Of a DNA stretch of 39,266 nt, positions 26,230-34,234 are shown one piece after another. Numbering within the stretch: position 1 is the stretch's first letter; each line of letters opens with the position of its first letter. Source of the stretch: a virus (taxonomy: Duplodnaviria; Caudoviricetes); the IMG/VR virus record IMGVR_UViG_3300021185_002770, positions 1 to 39,266 of that record. The stretch is one strand, 5' to 3'. The translations under genes and the position numbers were made by a program. The notes below the pieces were generated by a model, which had not been told where the DNA came from, did no database searches, and saw nothing but the letters and a program-made list of their open reading frames with translations.

Positions 26230-27158
26230 TGGCTGAGAAGTTTAACCCGTACCGAGCAGGCCAGCCCCTATCAGGAAATGGTAACCCCAACACTGGTGTA
26301 TGGCAACGTACCTGGGAAGATGGTGGCCCAGGCAGGGACTCTTTCGGGGGTCCTCAAACGCCTGGCGGCGTGGCCGACTGGAGCGGAGATCCATGGAAAC
26401 CTGAAGCCCCAGGTATGAGTAGGGGTCTCGCTAAGGCTATCAACAACCCCGAAGCCATCCGCAACGCTCTTGTATATGGCGCTGTATACGGTGTCGGCAA
26501 TAAGGGCGAGGAGGGGGAGCCAGATGGCCCCGGTCTCCCGCCGCCTAACACTCAAAAGTCATCCAAAAAGCCTCTTGCATTAGGTCCTGGGACTCCTGCG
26601 ATAGAAGCTACTAAGGCGACTCCTGAATTAGAAGCTGCTAAGACGCCCCTTGCACTCAATAAGGCTCCGAATACGGGTTCTAACGGGACCGCTACCTTCA
26701 AGAAGGTAGGAAACGACCACGAAAACATCATCCCTCAAAGAAGGCCGAACCGATCTACTACCATAAAGAAGGCAGGAGCCAACACCCCCGCTAGGCAAAA
26801 TAGCGGTGCCATAGACGCAACCTCTACTGACGTTACTACTGATCCACAAGGTCAGCTAGGTGGTCTACAACACCGTCAGCTCCCTGCTGGCAATGTTGGG
26901 GAAGGGCTTACCGGCGTCCAAATGGCCTACCAGCAAACAGTCAACCGAGGTCGTGAACAGGCCCAACGTTCTGACCAGTTGCCTACCAACGACGTTCCTT
27001 CCCACGAAAGTATCCAGCAAGGTGTTAAGGATTATCGGGGATGGCACGAAGCGGCTGCTCAGGGTGCGAAGAGCACGAGTTCCCCACAGAGTGGTAAGAG
27101 AAGTCGGGCGGGTGCCAACCTTGCAGCCTTTCACAACATAAACAAAGAATGGAAATAA
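26229..27158 (+). CDS. Low-complexity, probably disordered G/P/A/T-rich protein
   Basis: TGATG coupling with GAAGGAG upstream. Few hydrophobic segments. Confidence 0.65.
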   Translation: MAEKFNPYRAGQPLSGNGNPNTGVWQRTWEDGGPGRDSFGGPQTPGGVADWSGDPWKPEAPGMSRGLAKAINNPEAIRNALVYGAVYGVGNKGEEGEPDGPGLPPPNTQKSSKKPLALGPGTPAIEATKATPELEAAKTPLALNKAPNTGSNGTATFKKVGNDHENIIPQRRPNRSTTIKKAGANTPARQNSGAIDATSTDVTTDPQGQLGGLQHRQLPAGNVGEGLTGVQMAYQQTVNRGREQAQRSDQLPTNDVPSHESIQQGVKDYRGWHEAAAQGAKSTSSPQSGKRSRAGANLAAFHNINKEWK

Positions 27159-27160
27159 CA

Positions 27161-27607
27161 ATGTCCAGTAATCCTAACTACAACCCACAGTCGAATAAGT
27201 TGCAAGGCTTCACTTACGGCGCAGGTCTGAAGCAGCCCCAGTATCGTCAGCGTCCTGATCGGCCCGACCCCGTTTCAGGTAAGCCGGGTGGAGCAGGTGC
27301 TAACTACTGGAGCGAACTAGATAACACTTCCAAGAACCCTAAAGAGGTTGGGGAAGATGCTAAAGAGCAGGTGACAAGCATGTTGGGGAAGGAGCCGCCA
27401 CAGTATCAATCTGACCCTTGGGATGAGCGACAGTTCCGTAAGCAAGAGTTACGCAAGCAACGCAATCAGGAAGCTGAAGGGGCTGAGGACACATCTGACA
27501 ACGGTAAGACCTTCCCCGAGCCGCCAGAACGTCCAAGCTCAAAGAACAACGCTCAAGACGCACAGGATATTACAAACGCAAGAGGGACTTTCAACCGTAA
27601 GCAATAA
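27161..27607 (+). CDS. Hydrophilic, probably disordered protein
   Basis: ORF in operon. Q/N/E/K/P-rich. Confidence 0.65.
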   Translation: MSSNPNYNPQSNKLQGFTYGAGLKQPQYRQRPDRPDPVSGKPGGAGANYWSELDNTSKNPKEVGEDAKEQVTSMLGKEPPQYQSDPWDERQFRKQELRKQRNQEAEGAEDTSDNGKTFPEPPERPSSKNNAQDAQDITNARGTFNRKQ

Positions 27608-27630
27608 GCCCCCGAACCCCTTAACCATTA

Positions 27631-27639
27631 TGATAGGAT
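27631..27639 (+). promoter_or_regulatory. Extended -10 promoter for a leaderless transcript
   Basis: TGaTAGGAT, then exactly 6 nt, then ATG 27646. Confidence 0.5.
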
Positions 27640-27645
27640 ATAGAT

Positions 27646-27864
27646 ATGGCTGTTAACGAATCTCGTAGTATGAACTCTGATCTCCAGGAAGGGATCACCG
27701 ATGGTTACGTGAAGAAGGTCGCCCCTGATCGTGGTGGCACCCCGAACGATGACCTCGCCGCTTACCTCGCAAAGGAAGCTCGTCACGACGTTCTCTATGA
27801 TGACACGGTTTCTCAGCGGACGAAGGCTATCGCAGGAAAGCGTATTACTACGATCAAAGGCTAA
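27646..27864 (+). CDS. Small hypothetical protein
   Basis: 72-aa ORF with its own promoter and downstream hairpins. Confidence 0.65.
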   Translation: MAVNESRSMNSDLQEGITDGYVKKVAPDRGGTPNDDLAAYLAKEARHDVLYDDTVSQRTKAIAGKRITTIKG

Positions 27865-27882
27865 TCATATATAAACATGGTC

Positions 27883-27971
27883 TGTTAGGTTACCCATACC
27901 TAACACTTTCGGCCCTCTACTGGTGTGTTTCTCTCTCTTTCTCTTGGCACCAGTAGGGGGCCACTTTCTTT
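27883..27971 (+). terminator. Tandem hairpins, terminator and/or small RNA with a CU-rich loop
   Basis: tgttaggt/acctaaca (27883-27905). ggccctctactggtg/caccagtagggggcc is a 15-bp stem (27911-27962) followed by actttcttt. Confidence 0.65.
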
Positions 27972-27980
27972 ATACAGGTA

Positions 27981-28009
27981 TTGCTTTTACCCCCCAATGC
28001 AGGTATAAT
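27981..28009 (+). promoter_or_regulatory. SigA-type promoter
   Basis: TTGCTT-N17-TATAAT. AGGAG RBS before ATG 28038. Confidence 0.75.
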
Positions 28010-28037
28010 TACACTCCGACTAGCAGTAGGAGTAGTA

Positions 28038-28397
28038 ATGTCAGAAGTACGCATCGTAGACCCCAACACCGGAGGAGAGAAGGGGCAAAAGGATGCTCGC
28101 TTTGATCTGATTCCACAAGAAGCCATCTGGATGCTCGCAGAAGCATATGGCCGGGGAGCAGAGAAGTATGATGACCGTAACTGGGAGCGTGGCTACAACT
28201 GGTCCCTCTCGTTCGGCGCTCTCCAACGCCACCTTTGGCAGTTCTGGAACGGTGAGGATATCGATGAGGAAACTGGTACCCCCCATATCGTGAGCGTACT
28301 CTGGCACGCCTCTGCCCTCGCCACCTTCCAGGCTCGTGATAAGGGTAACGACGACCGCCCCGAGTATCTAGGACCCATGGATCGATTCACTGCCTGA
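28038..28397 (+). CDS. dATP/dGTP diphosphohydrolase (DUF5664-like)
   Basis: GEKGQKDARFDLIP..GAEKYDDRNWERG..ALQRHL..GEDIDEETGTPHI. Start moved to ATG 28038. Confidence 0.85.
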   Translation: MSEVRIVDPNTGGEKGQKDARFDLIPQEAIWMLAEAYGRGAEKYDDRNWERGYNWSLSFGALQRHLWQFWNGEDIDEETGTPHIVSVLWHASALATFQARDKGNDDRPEYLGPMDRFTA

Positions 28398-28454
28398 TAA
28401 GTGATAGACTGTAGTCAACACGTTCACAATCCGTAACAATAACAGGAGAAAACA

Positions 28455-28937
28455 ATGGCCCGATTGCTTATTTGCAACACCTGCAAAACCGTAGACAAGC
28501 TCAAGGATTATGCGACAGAGAATGATCCCCAAGCTCTACACGATCACGAGTTGATCGACGCTTGTGAGACTCACAAGCAGAAGTACCCCAGGGCGGGTGA
28601 TGCTCACGCCGCCCAGCTACTTGTCATCTCAGACGAAGAGCTTGAGCTTATCGATGAGGGTGCTCTTAAGCAGGCTGTCCACGATAATAAGCTAGAGGAG
28701 TTTATCCGCAACGAGCGTGAGAACTACAAAGAAGACGCCATGGGTTGTTACAACCTACACAACCGTCCTACCTACGGGTTCGGGTATGGAGTCGGCTGCA
28801 CGGATTACCGTGATAAGAAGAAAGCCATTGGACGCACTACCGGTATTCCCAAGGAAGAGTGGAGCTACGTTTGCGACTTCTGCCCATACCATAGCTATGT
28901 CGAACATTACAGTAACAGCAAGGTCACTTGGAAGTGA
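28455..28937 (+). CDS. Cys/His-rich (Zn-binding) hypothetical protein
   Basis: CNTC, CETH, CYNLHNRP..C..CDFCP. AGGAG RBS and TGaTAGACT upstream at 28402. Confidence 0.7.
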   Translation: MARLLICNTCKTVDKLKDYATENDPQALHDHELIDACETHKQKYPRAGDAHAAQLLVISDEELELIDEGALKQAVHDNKLEEFIRNERENYKEDAMGCYNLHNRPTYGFGYGVGCTDYRDKKKAIGRTTGIPKEEWSYVCDFCPYHSYVEHYSNSKVTWK

Positions 28938-29149
28938 GGCAAACTGTCAGTACCCAGGAAGCTATGAACGCTGTTCTGGTAGTGGGGTGCATCTACGAGG
29001 TCCTTGCTATTACCACGAAGAAGGCTCCCACAATTACCCGAGTTCTCAAGAGGTGGGGGAGTCGAGGACACTTAGGAAGACTCACACTATGGCTATGGTG
29101 TGGTTACATCTCGTGGCACTTCCTTGAACCTATGGAGGAGTCAGAATGA
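28934..29149 (+). CDS. Small membrane protein
   Basis: Two hydrophobic segments. GTGA and ATGA overlaps with its neighbours. Confidence 0.6.
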   Translation: MRQTVSTQEAMNAVLVVGCIYEVLAITTKKAPTITRVLKRWGSRGHLGRLTLWLWCGYISWHFLEPMEESE

Positions 29150-29628
29150 TTGTCGTTAACTTTGATGTCATTGCCCAGCCAGCTAACGAACTCGTACAAC
29201 GTGTCCCACGTACCGGGGGCATGGCCCTATGGAGGATCTTGCATGAGGCTCTAAACGGTCGTCTGGCCGTTGTTATTGATGAGTGCGAGGACACATTTGT
29301 ACTTGAAACCTGGATGAAGGTCAACGGGGTCAAAGCGGCGGTCTATGACGTACTCTACGCCACCTCTCCCGAGATCAAAGCAGAGAAGGTGTTTTCACTG
29401 GCTACAGCCGCAGGGTCATCAATGACCAACTGGTACGTTGACGTTGACCCGTCCACAGTCGAGCAGTGCATGAAGCTGGGTATGACCGCTCTATTGCTCG
29501 CAGACCCCTACACCGTTCGTCCTGAATGGAAGAACCTATCTGCCTCCCCCCGATCGTGGGAGACGTTAGTTGCGGAAGTACAGAAACAGAAGCTAGAACG
29601 AGCAGAGCGAGACTGGAGTAAAGAATGA
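29146..29628 (+). CDS. HAD-fold-like protein with degenerate motif I
   Basis: MIVVNFDVIA..LAVVI..WMKVNG..WYVDVDPSTVEQCMKLGMTALL. Confidence 0.55.
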   Translation: MIVVNFDVIAQPANELVQRVPRTGGMALWRILHEALNGRLAVVIDECEDTFVLETWMKVNGVKAAVYDVLYATSPEIKAEKVFSLATAAGSSMTNWYVDVDPSTVEQCMKLGMTALLLADPYTVRPEWKNLSASPRSWETLVAEVQKQKLERAERDWSKE

Positions 29629-31082
29629 AAGTAGTCCTAGCAGGTGCCGAGAAGGGTACCTATAGAAACGTTCTCAAGGATAACAACGTGCAGTCGGTAG
29701 CTATGAACCTCACACACTTCGCAGTGCCGAAGCGTAAGGAGCTAGAGATCCAGGAGCACTTCGGTACCGAGGATGTGTACCTGTATACCAGCGACGATGA
29801 CTCTGATATCGACGGTTTCGATAACTTCATCCGTCAACATGGGGCCAACATCACCTCTGTTATCGGTCGCCCCGACTACAACGGTGAGTGGTTAGGGGAT
29901 AAGTACATCCCTATCTGGAACGATCCAGAAGACACTGAAAGACTAGCTCACCTTTGTGAGCGATACGGGCGGGTGGCGATATCCGATAGGGCTATCACAT
30001 CATCCACGACCAAACGTATCAAGCAACTGAAGCAGAGGTGGAACGCCTTTATGATTGTCATTACCGGTAAGGTAGACATCATCGAGTCAATCGACTGGGA
30101 TGTGGCTATCGTAACGTCGTGGAAGAGTGTTGTAAGGTATGGCGAAACCCAGATATGGGATGGTCATGGCCTACGGCGGTACCCAGCGGCTAAGAAGCAG
30201 CAGGTACGCCAGAAGCACCGTAACGATATCAACCGTCTTGGGGTGGACTTCGATGCCGTCATGGAAGACGACGTTAAAGAGGTGGCGAAGATGGCTGTAC
30301 TGTCGTGGTTGGAGTGGGAGAAGAGGACCTTCGATACACCTAGTTCAGCGGCCTATGACCCCTCAGCAGGTGAACTCGATGAGGGGTCTGAACACCTCTC
30401 AGAGGGTGGTATAGTAACTACACCCCCCGATTCTGCGAAACCCACTAACACGGTTTCTAACAGTAATACTATTGCTACCTACGCACCTGAGAGTAGGCAC
30501 GAGAGTGACCGGGAATTGCTACCAGTATTTGGTATAGATAAGGTACTTTCTACCGAGGCCAAAAAGGGCGCAAACGGTGATGAAACCTACGATTTACGCC
30601 CACATGAAGAGGACGTAGTAGCCCTCAGTAGTAAGAGTGTGAGGCAATGTGATAGTTGCTACTTAGCTCCCCGTTGTCCTCGTTTTGAGGAACATATGGA
30701 TTGTGCATATGACCTACCTATGGAGCTTAAAAGCAAGTCCCAACTTCAGTCCCTACTCACCGCCATGGTGGAGATGCAAGCGAGTCGAGTTATGTTCGCT
30801 AAGTTCGCAGAGGACGTAGAGGGTCAAGGTATCGATGCCGAGCTTTCGGCTGAGATGGACCGCCTCTTCAGGCTCGTGAAGGACTTTAAGGACATCCAAG
30901 ACACTCGTGATGTGTTCCGTATGGAGGTCGAGGCAAAGGGTAGCGGGGGCGTGCTCAGTAAGATATTCGGATCAGATATCGCAGATAAGGCTAACCAGCT
31001 TCCCACTCCTATGACCGCCAACGAGTTAGACCAAGCCATCATCGAGGCTGACATTCTCGATGACCCCCCTATTGACAAGTAA
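29625..31082 (+). CDS. TGT/DpdA-like barrel (degenerate) fused to a Cys4 Zn-binding and helical C-terminal domain
   Basis: KVVLAG.., YIPIW, RVAI, TSWKSVVRYG. A linker is followed by CDSCYLAPRCPRF..C and MVEMQASRV..LSAEMDRL. Confidence 0.5.
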   Translation: MKVVLAGAEKGTYRNVLKDNNVQSVAMNLTHFAVPKRKELEIQEHFGTEDVYLYTSDDDSDIDGFDNFIRQHGANITSVIGRPDYNGEWLGDKYIPIWNDPEDTERLAHLCERYGRVAISDRAITSSTTKRIKQLKQRWNAFMIVITGKVDIIESIDWDVAIVTSWKSVVRYGETQIWDGHGLRRYPAAKKQQVRQKHRNDINRLGVDFDAVMEDDVKEVAKMAVLSWLEWEKRTFDTPSSAAYDPSAGELDEGSEHLSEGGIVTTPPDSAKPTNTVSNSNTIATYAPESRHESDRELLPVFGIDKVLSTEAKKGANGDETYDLRPHEEDVVALSSKSVRQCDSCYLAPRCPRFEEHMDCAYDLPMELKSKSQLQSLLTAMVEMQASRVMFAKFAEDVEGQGIDAELSAEMDRLFRLVKDFKDIQDTRDVFRMEVEAKGSGGVLSKIFGSDIADKANQLPTPMTANELDQAIIEADILDDPPIDK

Positions 31083-31112
31083 CCAAAATAGACCAGCTAT
31101 AAGGAGCATAAT

Positions 31113-31847
31113 ATGATGGATGATGAGGACTACGGAGAGCCAGAGGACTTCGATGTTGATCCAGACGACTTCAATGACGGCGACGATGACGCATTTGAGG
31201 AGTGGTTGAAGGACGTACAGAACATGCAATGGGACAAGATCAAAGGAATCTTAGATAACGACCTTCCCACCCTGGGGGCTGACCATATCATGTTCAGTAT
31301 CGATAGATCAGCGGGAGACGACAGAGACCCCCAAGTCGATATCCCCGAGGACGAGGATATGATTGATATCTTCCGCAAGCTCATCGTCACTGCGTACGGA
31401 CAGGAGTTCAGCGATGATATGGAAGACCATCAGATTATGGGTCTGCTGGAAAAGATATCCCATATCACCGGCATTGATAAAGAGGACATTATCATAGCGA
31501 TCCAGGAAGGGTCTGCTGGTATCGATCAAGTGTTTGGCGGGGACAAAGGTGTACACCCCTCCCTCGACCTCCGTGACTCTGAGAGGCGTAACAGGGACGA
31601 TGATGACTTCATTAAGTCTGTGCAGGACGACCACAAGTCTTCTAGGTCTCCCGGTAGCCCGATCCTTCGTTTGGTCGTGGATGACGTAGTAGACGACGTA
31701 GTAGACGACGTGCTAGACGATGAGGTATCAAACGATACACGTATCGAGCAGTTGGACGTATTGGATAACATGCTGAGGGCCGAGCACGATCCTCGACAGG
31801 TTGCTCGTATCGCATACCTTAGACAGCTTATGCTGAGGGAGGACTGA
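31113..31847 (+). CDS. Highly acidic hypothetical protein
   Basis: AAGGAG RBS. D/E-rich, with VVDD three times. Confidence 0.7.
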   Translation: MMDDEDYGEPEDFDVDPDDFNDGDDDAFEEWLKDVQNMQWDKIKGILDNDLPTLGADHIMFSIDRSAGDDRDPQVDIPEDEDMIDIFRKLIVTAYGQEFSDDMEDHQIMGLLEKISHITGIDKEDIIIAIQEGSAGIDQVFGGDKGVHPSLDLRDSERRNRDDDDFIKSVQDDHKSSRSPGSPILRLVVDDVVDDVVDDVLDDEVSNDTRIEQLDVLDNMLRAEHDPRQVARIAYLRQLMLRED

Positions 31848-31848
31848 T

Positions 31849-32223
31849 ATGGCTGACCGACTGGATGACAGCAAAGCTCTGTGCAAAGACGTTCATGTGG
31901 ATCTGTTCTTTCCTCCGATATTCAGCGAGGAGAGAAGCGCCCCCGAGTCTAAATACTATGACATAGGACGTCTGGTGTGTGGTAACTGTACGCAGAGAGC
32001 GGCGTGTGACGCTTTAGGAGCCAACGAAGAGCATGGTATGTGGGGAGGTCGAACCCCGAAAGAGCGTAGAGAGCTTATGCCGTTCAATCCGAGTAAAAGG
32101 CTAGATCCAGAGAAGCTCAACCTGCTTCCTCCCCCAGGTGATATGTCATTACCAGAGCCAGAGAGACGGCTCAATATCCCTGATATCCGTTCCAGTATCC
32201 GTAAATACATAACAAAGGCGTAG
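31849..32223 (+). CDS. whiB: WhiB family transcription factor
   Basis: Four Cys (ALCK..LFFP..CGNC....AC) and GMWGGRTPKERR. Confidence 0.9.
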   Translation: MADRLDDSKALCKDVHVDLFFPPIFSEERSAPESKYYDIGRLVCGNCTQRAACDALGANEEHGMWGGRTPKERRELMPFNPSKRLDPEKLNLLPPPGDMSLPEPERRLNIPDIRSSIRKYITKA

Positions 32224-32224
32224 T

Positions 32225-33304
32225 ATGAAAACTTTAGGCATAGCTAGTGGAGACTTTAGAAGCTGTCAAGACGACCCTGTGGGTACCACCCCTAGTTGGG
32301 GTGGATCTGGCTGGGCGAGGGTTGGTCAGTACATTCCCTACCTTAAAGAGGAGTACAACGTTGTATACGGAACCCTGTACTCAAATAAGGGATTCTTAGG
32401 AGTCGAGTGCGATATCACCAAGGAGCTGCACACCCCCGATATCCTTATCACTCAGCGTCTTATGAACGACGGTATCGCTAACGATTGTAGGCACTCCGTC
32501 AACTCCGGTATGATTGTTATCCAGGACATCGATGACTGGTACTGGGCGCTCGACCACCGTAACGCTGCATGGAAAGGTTCACACCCGAAGCATAACAAAG
32601 CTAGGAACATTGACCACTACGCCCGATCAATAGAGGCGTCGTCAATGATTGTGGCATCTACGCCCTGGATCGCTGACAGGAGTGCTTCTATGTTCTCGCT
32701 GCCCACCGAGGTCATACCTAACTACGTCGATATCGATAGGTTTACCCGAGTCGAGCAGGACGTGGCTACCCCCAAGCTGGGATGGGTGGGGTCTACTGCT
32801 CATCGTAGTGGAGACCTTGAGCTAATGAAAGGTATCCTCCGTCAGTTTACGGATGACTACCAGATGTATCATGGTGGAGACAATCCACGGAATCCCCAGG
32901 CAGATACTTTCGCTCACAGAGTGGGCTTGCCTGAAGATGCGGTTGAGAAAGCAGAGCTGTGCTTGCCGGAGGAATACCCCGGCCTATTGGACATGCAGCT
33001 AGGGATCATCCCCTTACGAGATGTCCCCTTCAATCACGCTAAGAGCGACATTAAGGGGCTTGAGTACGCAGCCTGCGGGATACCGTTTGTAAGCTCCTAC
33101 AGCCCCTCCTACGAGGCTCTCAGGACATCCTGGGGTGGCTCTTTCGACATTGCGTACAAGCCCAAGGATTGGGTCAGAGCGATCAAGAAGTACACCGACC
33201 TGTCGTACCGTCAGGAGAAGTCTGACGAGGTATTCGATAGGGTTAAGAGCCGTGATATCAGACGAGGTGCTGATCGATGGCTAGAGCTTCTTAGCTCCCT
33301 GTAA
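32225..33304 (+). CDS. GT-B fold glycosyltransferase (GT4-like)
   Basis: QDIDDWYW, VIPNYVD, LGWVGSTAHRSGDL and GIIPL..PFNHAKSDIKGLEYAACGIPFVSS. Confidence 0.88.
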   Translation: MKTLGIASGDFRSCQDDPVGTTPSWGGSGWARVGQYIPYLKEEYNVVYGTLYSNKGFLGVECDITKELHTPDILITQRLMNDGIANDCRHSVNSGMIVIQDIDDWYWALDHRNAAWKGSHPKHNKARNIDHYARSIEASSMIVASTPWIADRSASMFSLPTEVIPNYVDIDRFTRVEQDVATPKLGWVGSTAHRSGDLELMKGILRQFTDDYQMYHGGDNPRNPQADTFAHRVGLPEDAVEKAELCLPEEYPGLLDMQLGIIPLRDVPFNHAKSDIKGLEYAACGIPFVSSYSPSYEALRTSWGGSFDIAYKPKDWVRAIKKYTDLSYRQEKSDEVFDRVKSRDIRRGADRWLELLSSL

Positions 33305-33305
33305 A

Positions 33306-33343
33306 CGACAAAACCCCTCCTGGCCGAAGCCAGGAGGGGTTGT
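33306..33343. terminator. Intrinsic terminator at the convergence of the plus and minus transcription units
   Basis: aacccctcctggc-cgaa-gccaggaggggtt, a 13-bp stem. On the minus strand it has a cUUCGg loop followed by UUUUGU. Confidence 0.85.
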
Positions 33344-33362
33344 GCCGAACACACGCATATGT

Positions 33363-33737
33363 TTATCTACCCAAGATGTCCTTGAAAGGTTTGCCGTATG
33401 TGTTGATACCCATGTTACGTCGCTGTGCGTCGTTGAAGTGATCGTACAGATAACCGGCATAGGTGACGGCTATCTTCCTGTCCCGATTGGGGAGGCTGGC
33501 TAACCAACCGGTCCACCACAGGTTCGTACCCTCATCGATGTATGGCGTCCACTCAATGATGCGCCCCGCTTCAAAGTACGAATTGTACGAGTTAGCTAGG
33601 TATTGGGCGTATTTGTTGAGCGTGGGCCGAAGAGGGAGACTAAAAGCTTCCCTGGTAAGAGAAACCCCTCCGATGATGATCGTTGCAACCATGGCAATCG
33701 AGCCGACTACCATAAAGATTAGGAATGCGTACCACAT
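33363..33737 (-). CDS. Membrane-anchored hypothetical protein
   Basis: N-terminal TM segment and a GAAAGG RBS. Confidence 0.65.
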   Translation of the reverse strand: MWYAFLIFMVVGSIAMVATIIIGGVSLTREAFSLPLRPTLNKYAQYLANSYNSYFEAGRIIEWTPYIDEGTNLWWTGWLASLPNRDRKIAVTYAGYLYDHFNDAQRRNMGINTYGKPFKDILGR

Positions 33738-33771
33738 AGCGTGTGTGCCTTTCTGTTAGTTACGAGGGGAG

Positions 33772-34038
33772 TTATTGTACTTCATTGGAGGCGATCTTGA
33801 CAACCTTGTCAAGCATGAACATTACAACGGCGAGGGGCTGACCTTCTTCTTGGAGGAGGACTTGCGCCCAGCCTTCTGAAGTGTTGACTACCAGCCGACC
33901 GATGTAATTGTGAATGTCGTTATCGATGGTATTGATAACGATATTCAGAACCGGGAGATTCTGCATAACGTCCTCTTGTGTAACTGCCTGGGTAGGCGGG
34001 GCTTGGTTAGGCGGGGGGAGTGTTTCGTAATCCTGCAT
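33772..34038 (-). CDS. Small beta-rich protein, possibly Sm/SH3-like
   Basis: GAAAGGA RBS. Alternating beta-strand pattern ending in VMFMLDKVVKI. Confidence 0.6.
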   Translation of the reverse strand: MQDYETLPPPNQAPPTQAVTQEDVMQNLPVLNIVINTIDNDIHNYIGRLVVNTSEGWAQVLLQEEGQPLAVVMFMLDKVVKIASNEVQ

Positions 34039-34234
34039 TTTGTGATCCTTTCAAGATCGGTCAATTGGAGCGGTCGCTCCGATGAATCTCTCAGCCTCAA
34101 TCAAGGCCCACCAACCACGGAAGCCTTTGTCGGTCCTTTCGGTCCCGCTCTCGGCTGAGAGACTCATCGCAGCGCCCAGTCGAAGCTGGGAACCGGCGAG
34201 GGCAGTTTTGACGACATACCCAGGTCGCAACCTT
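34039..34234 (-). ncRNA. Candidate multi-domain structured RNA (pseudoknot, hairpin, long stem with three-way junction, RBS hairpin)
   Basis: 17-bp stem 34153-34169/34080-34096 with a G-U pair on the minus strand, an internal GAAA tetraloop hairpin, and an H-type pseudoknot at 34200-34228. Confidence 0.6.

Noticed and set aside
27981-28037. TTG start for the diphosphohydrolase
   Set aside because: This TTG is the -35 element of the promoter. The AGGAG RBS supports ATG 28038.
31072-31103. TTGACA promoter before the acidic protein
   Set aside because: The nearest -10-like hexamer (TATAAG) is 20 nt away, which is poor spacing.
34080-34175. Second hammerhead, or c-di-GMP/glycine riboswitch, in the large RNA
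   Set aside because: GAUGAG..CGAAA is present, but it is sequestered in the 17-bp stem and lacks proper stems I and III. The riboswitch consensus nucleotides do not match by eye.
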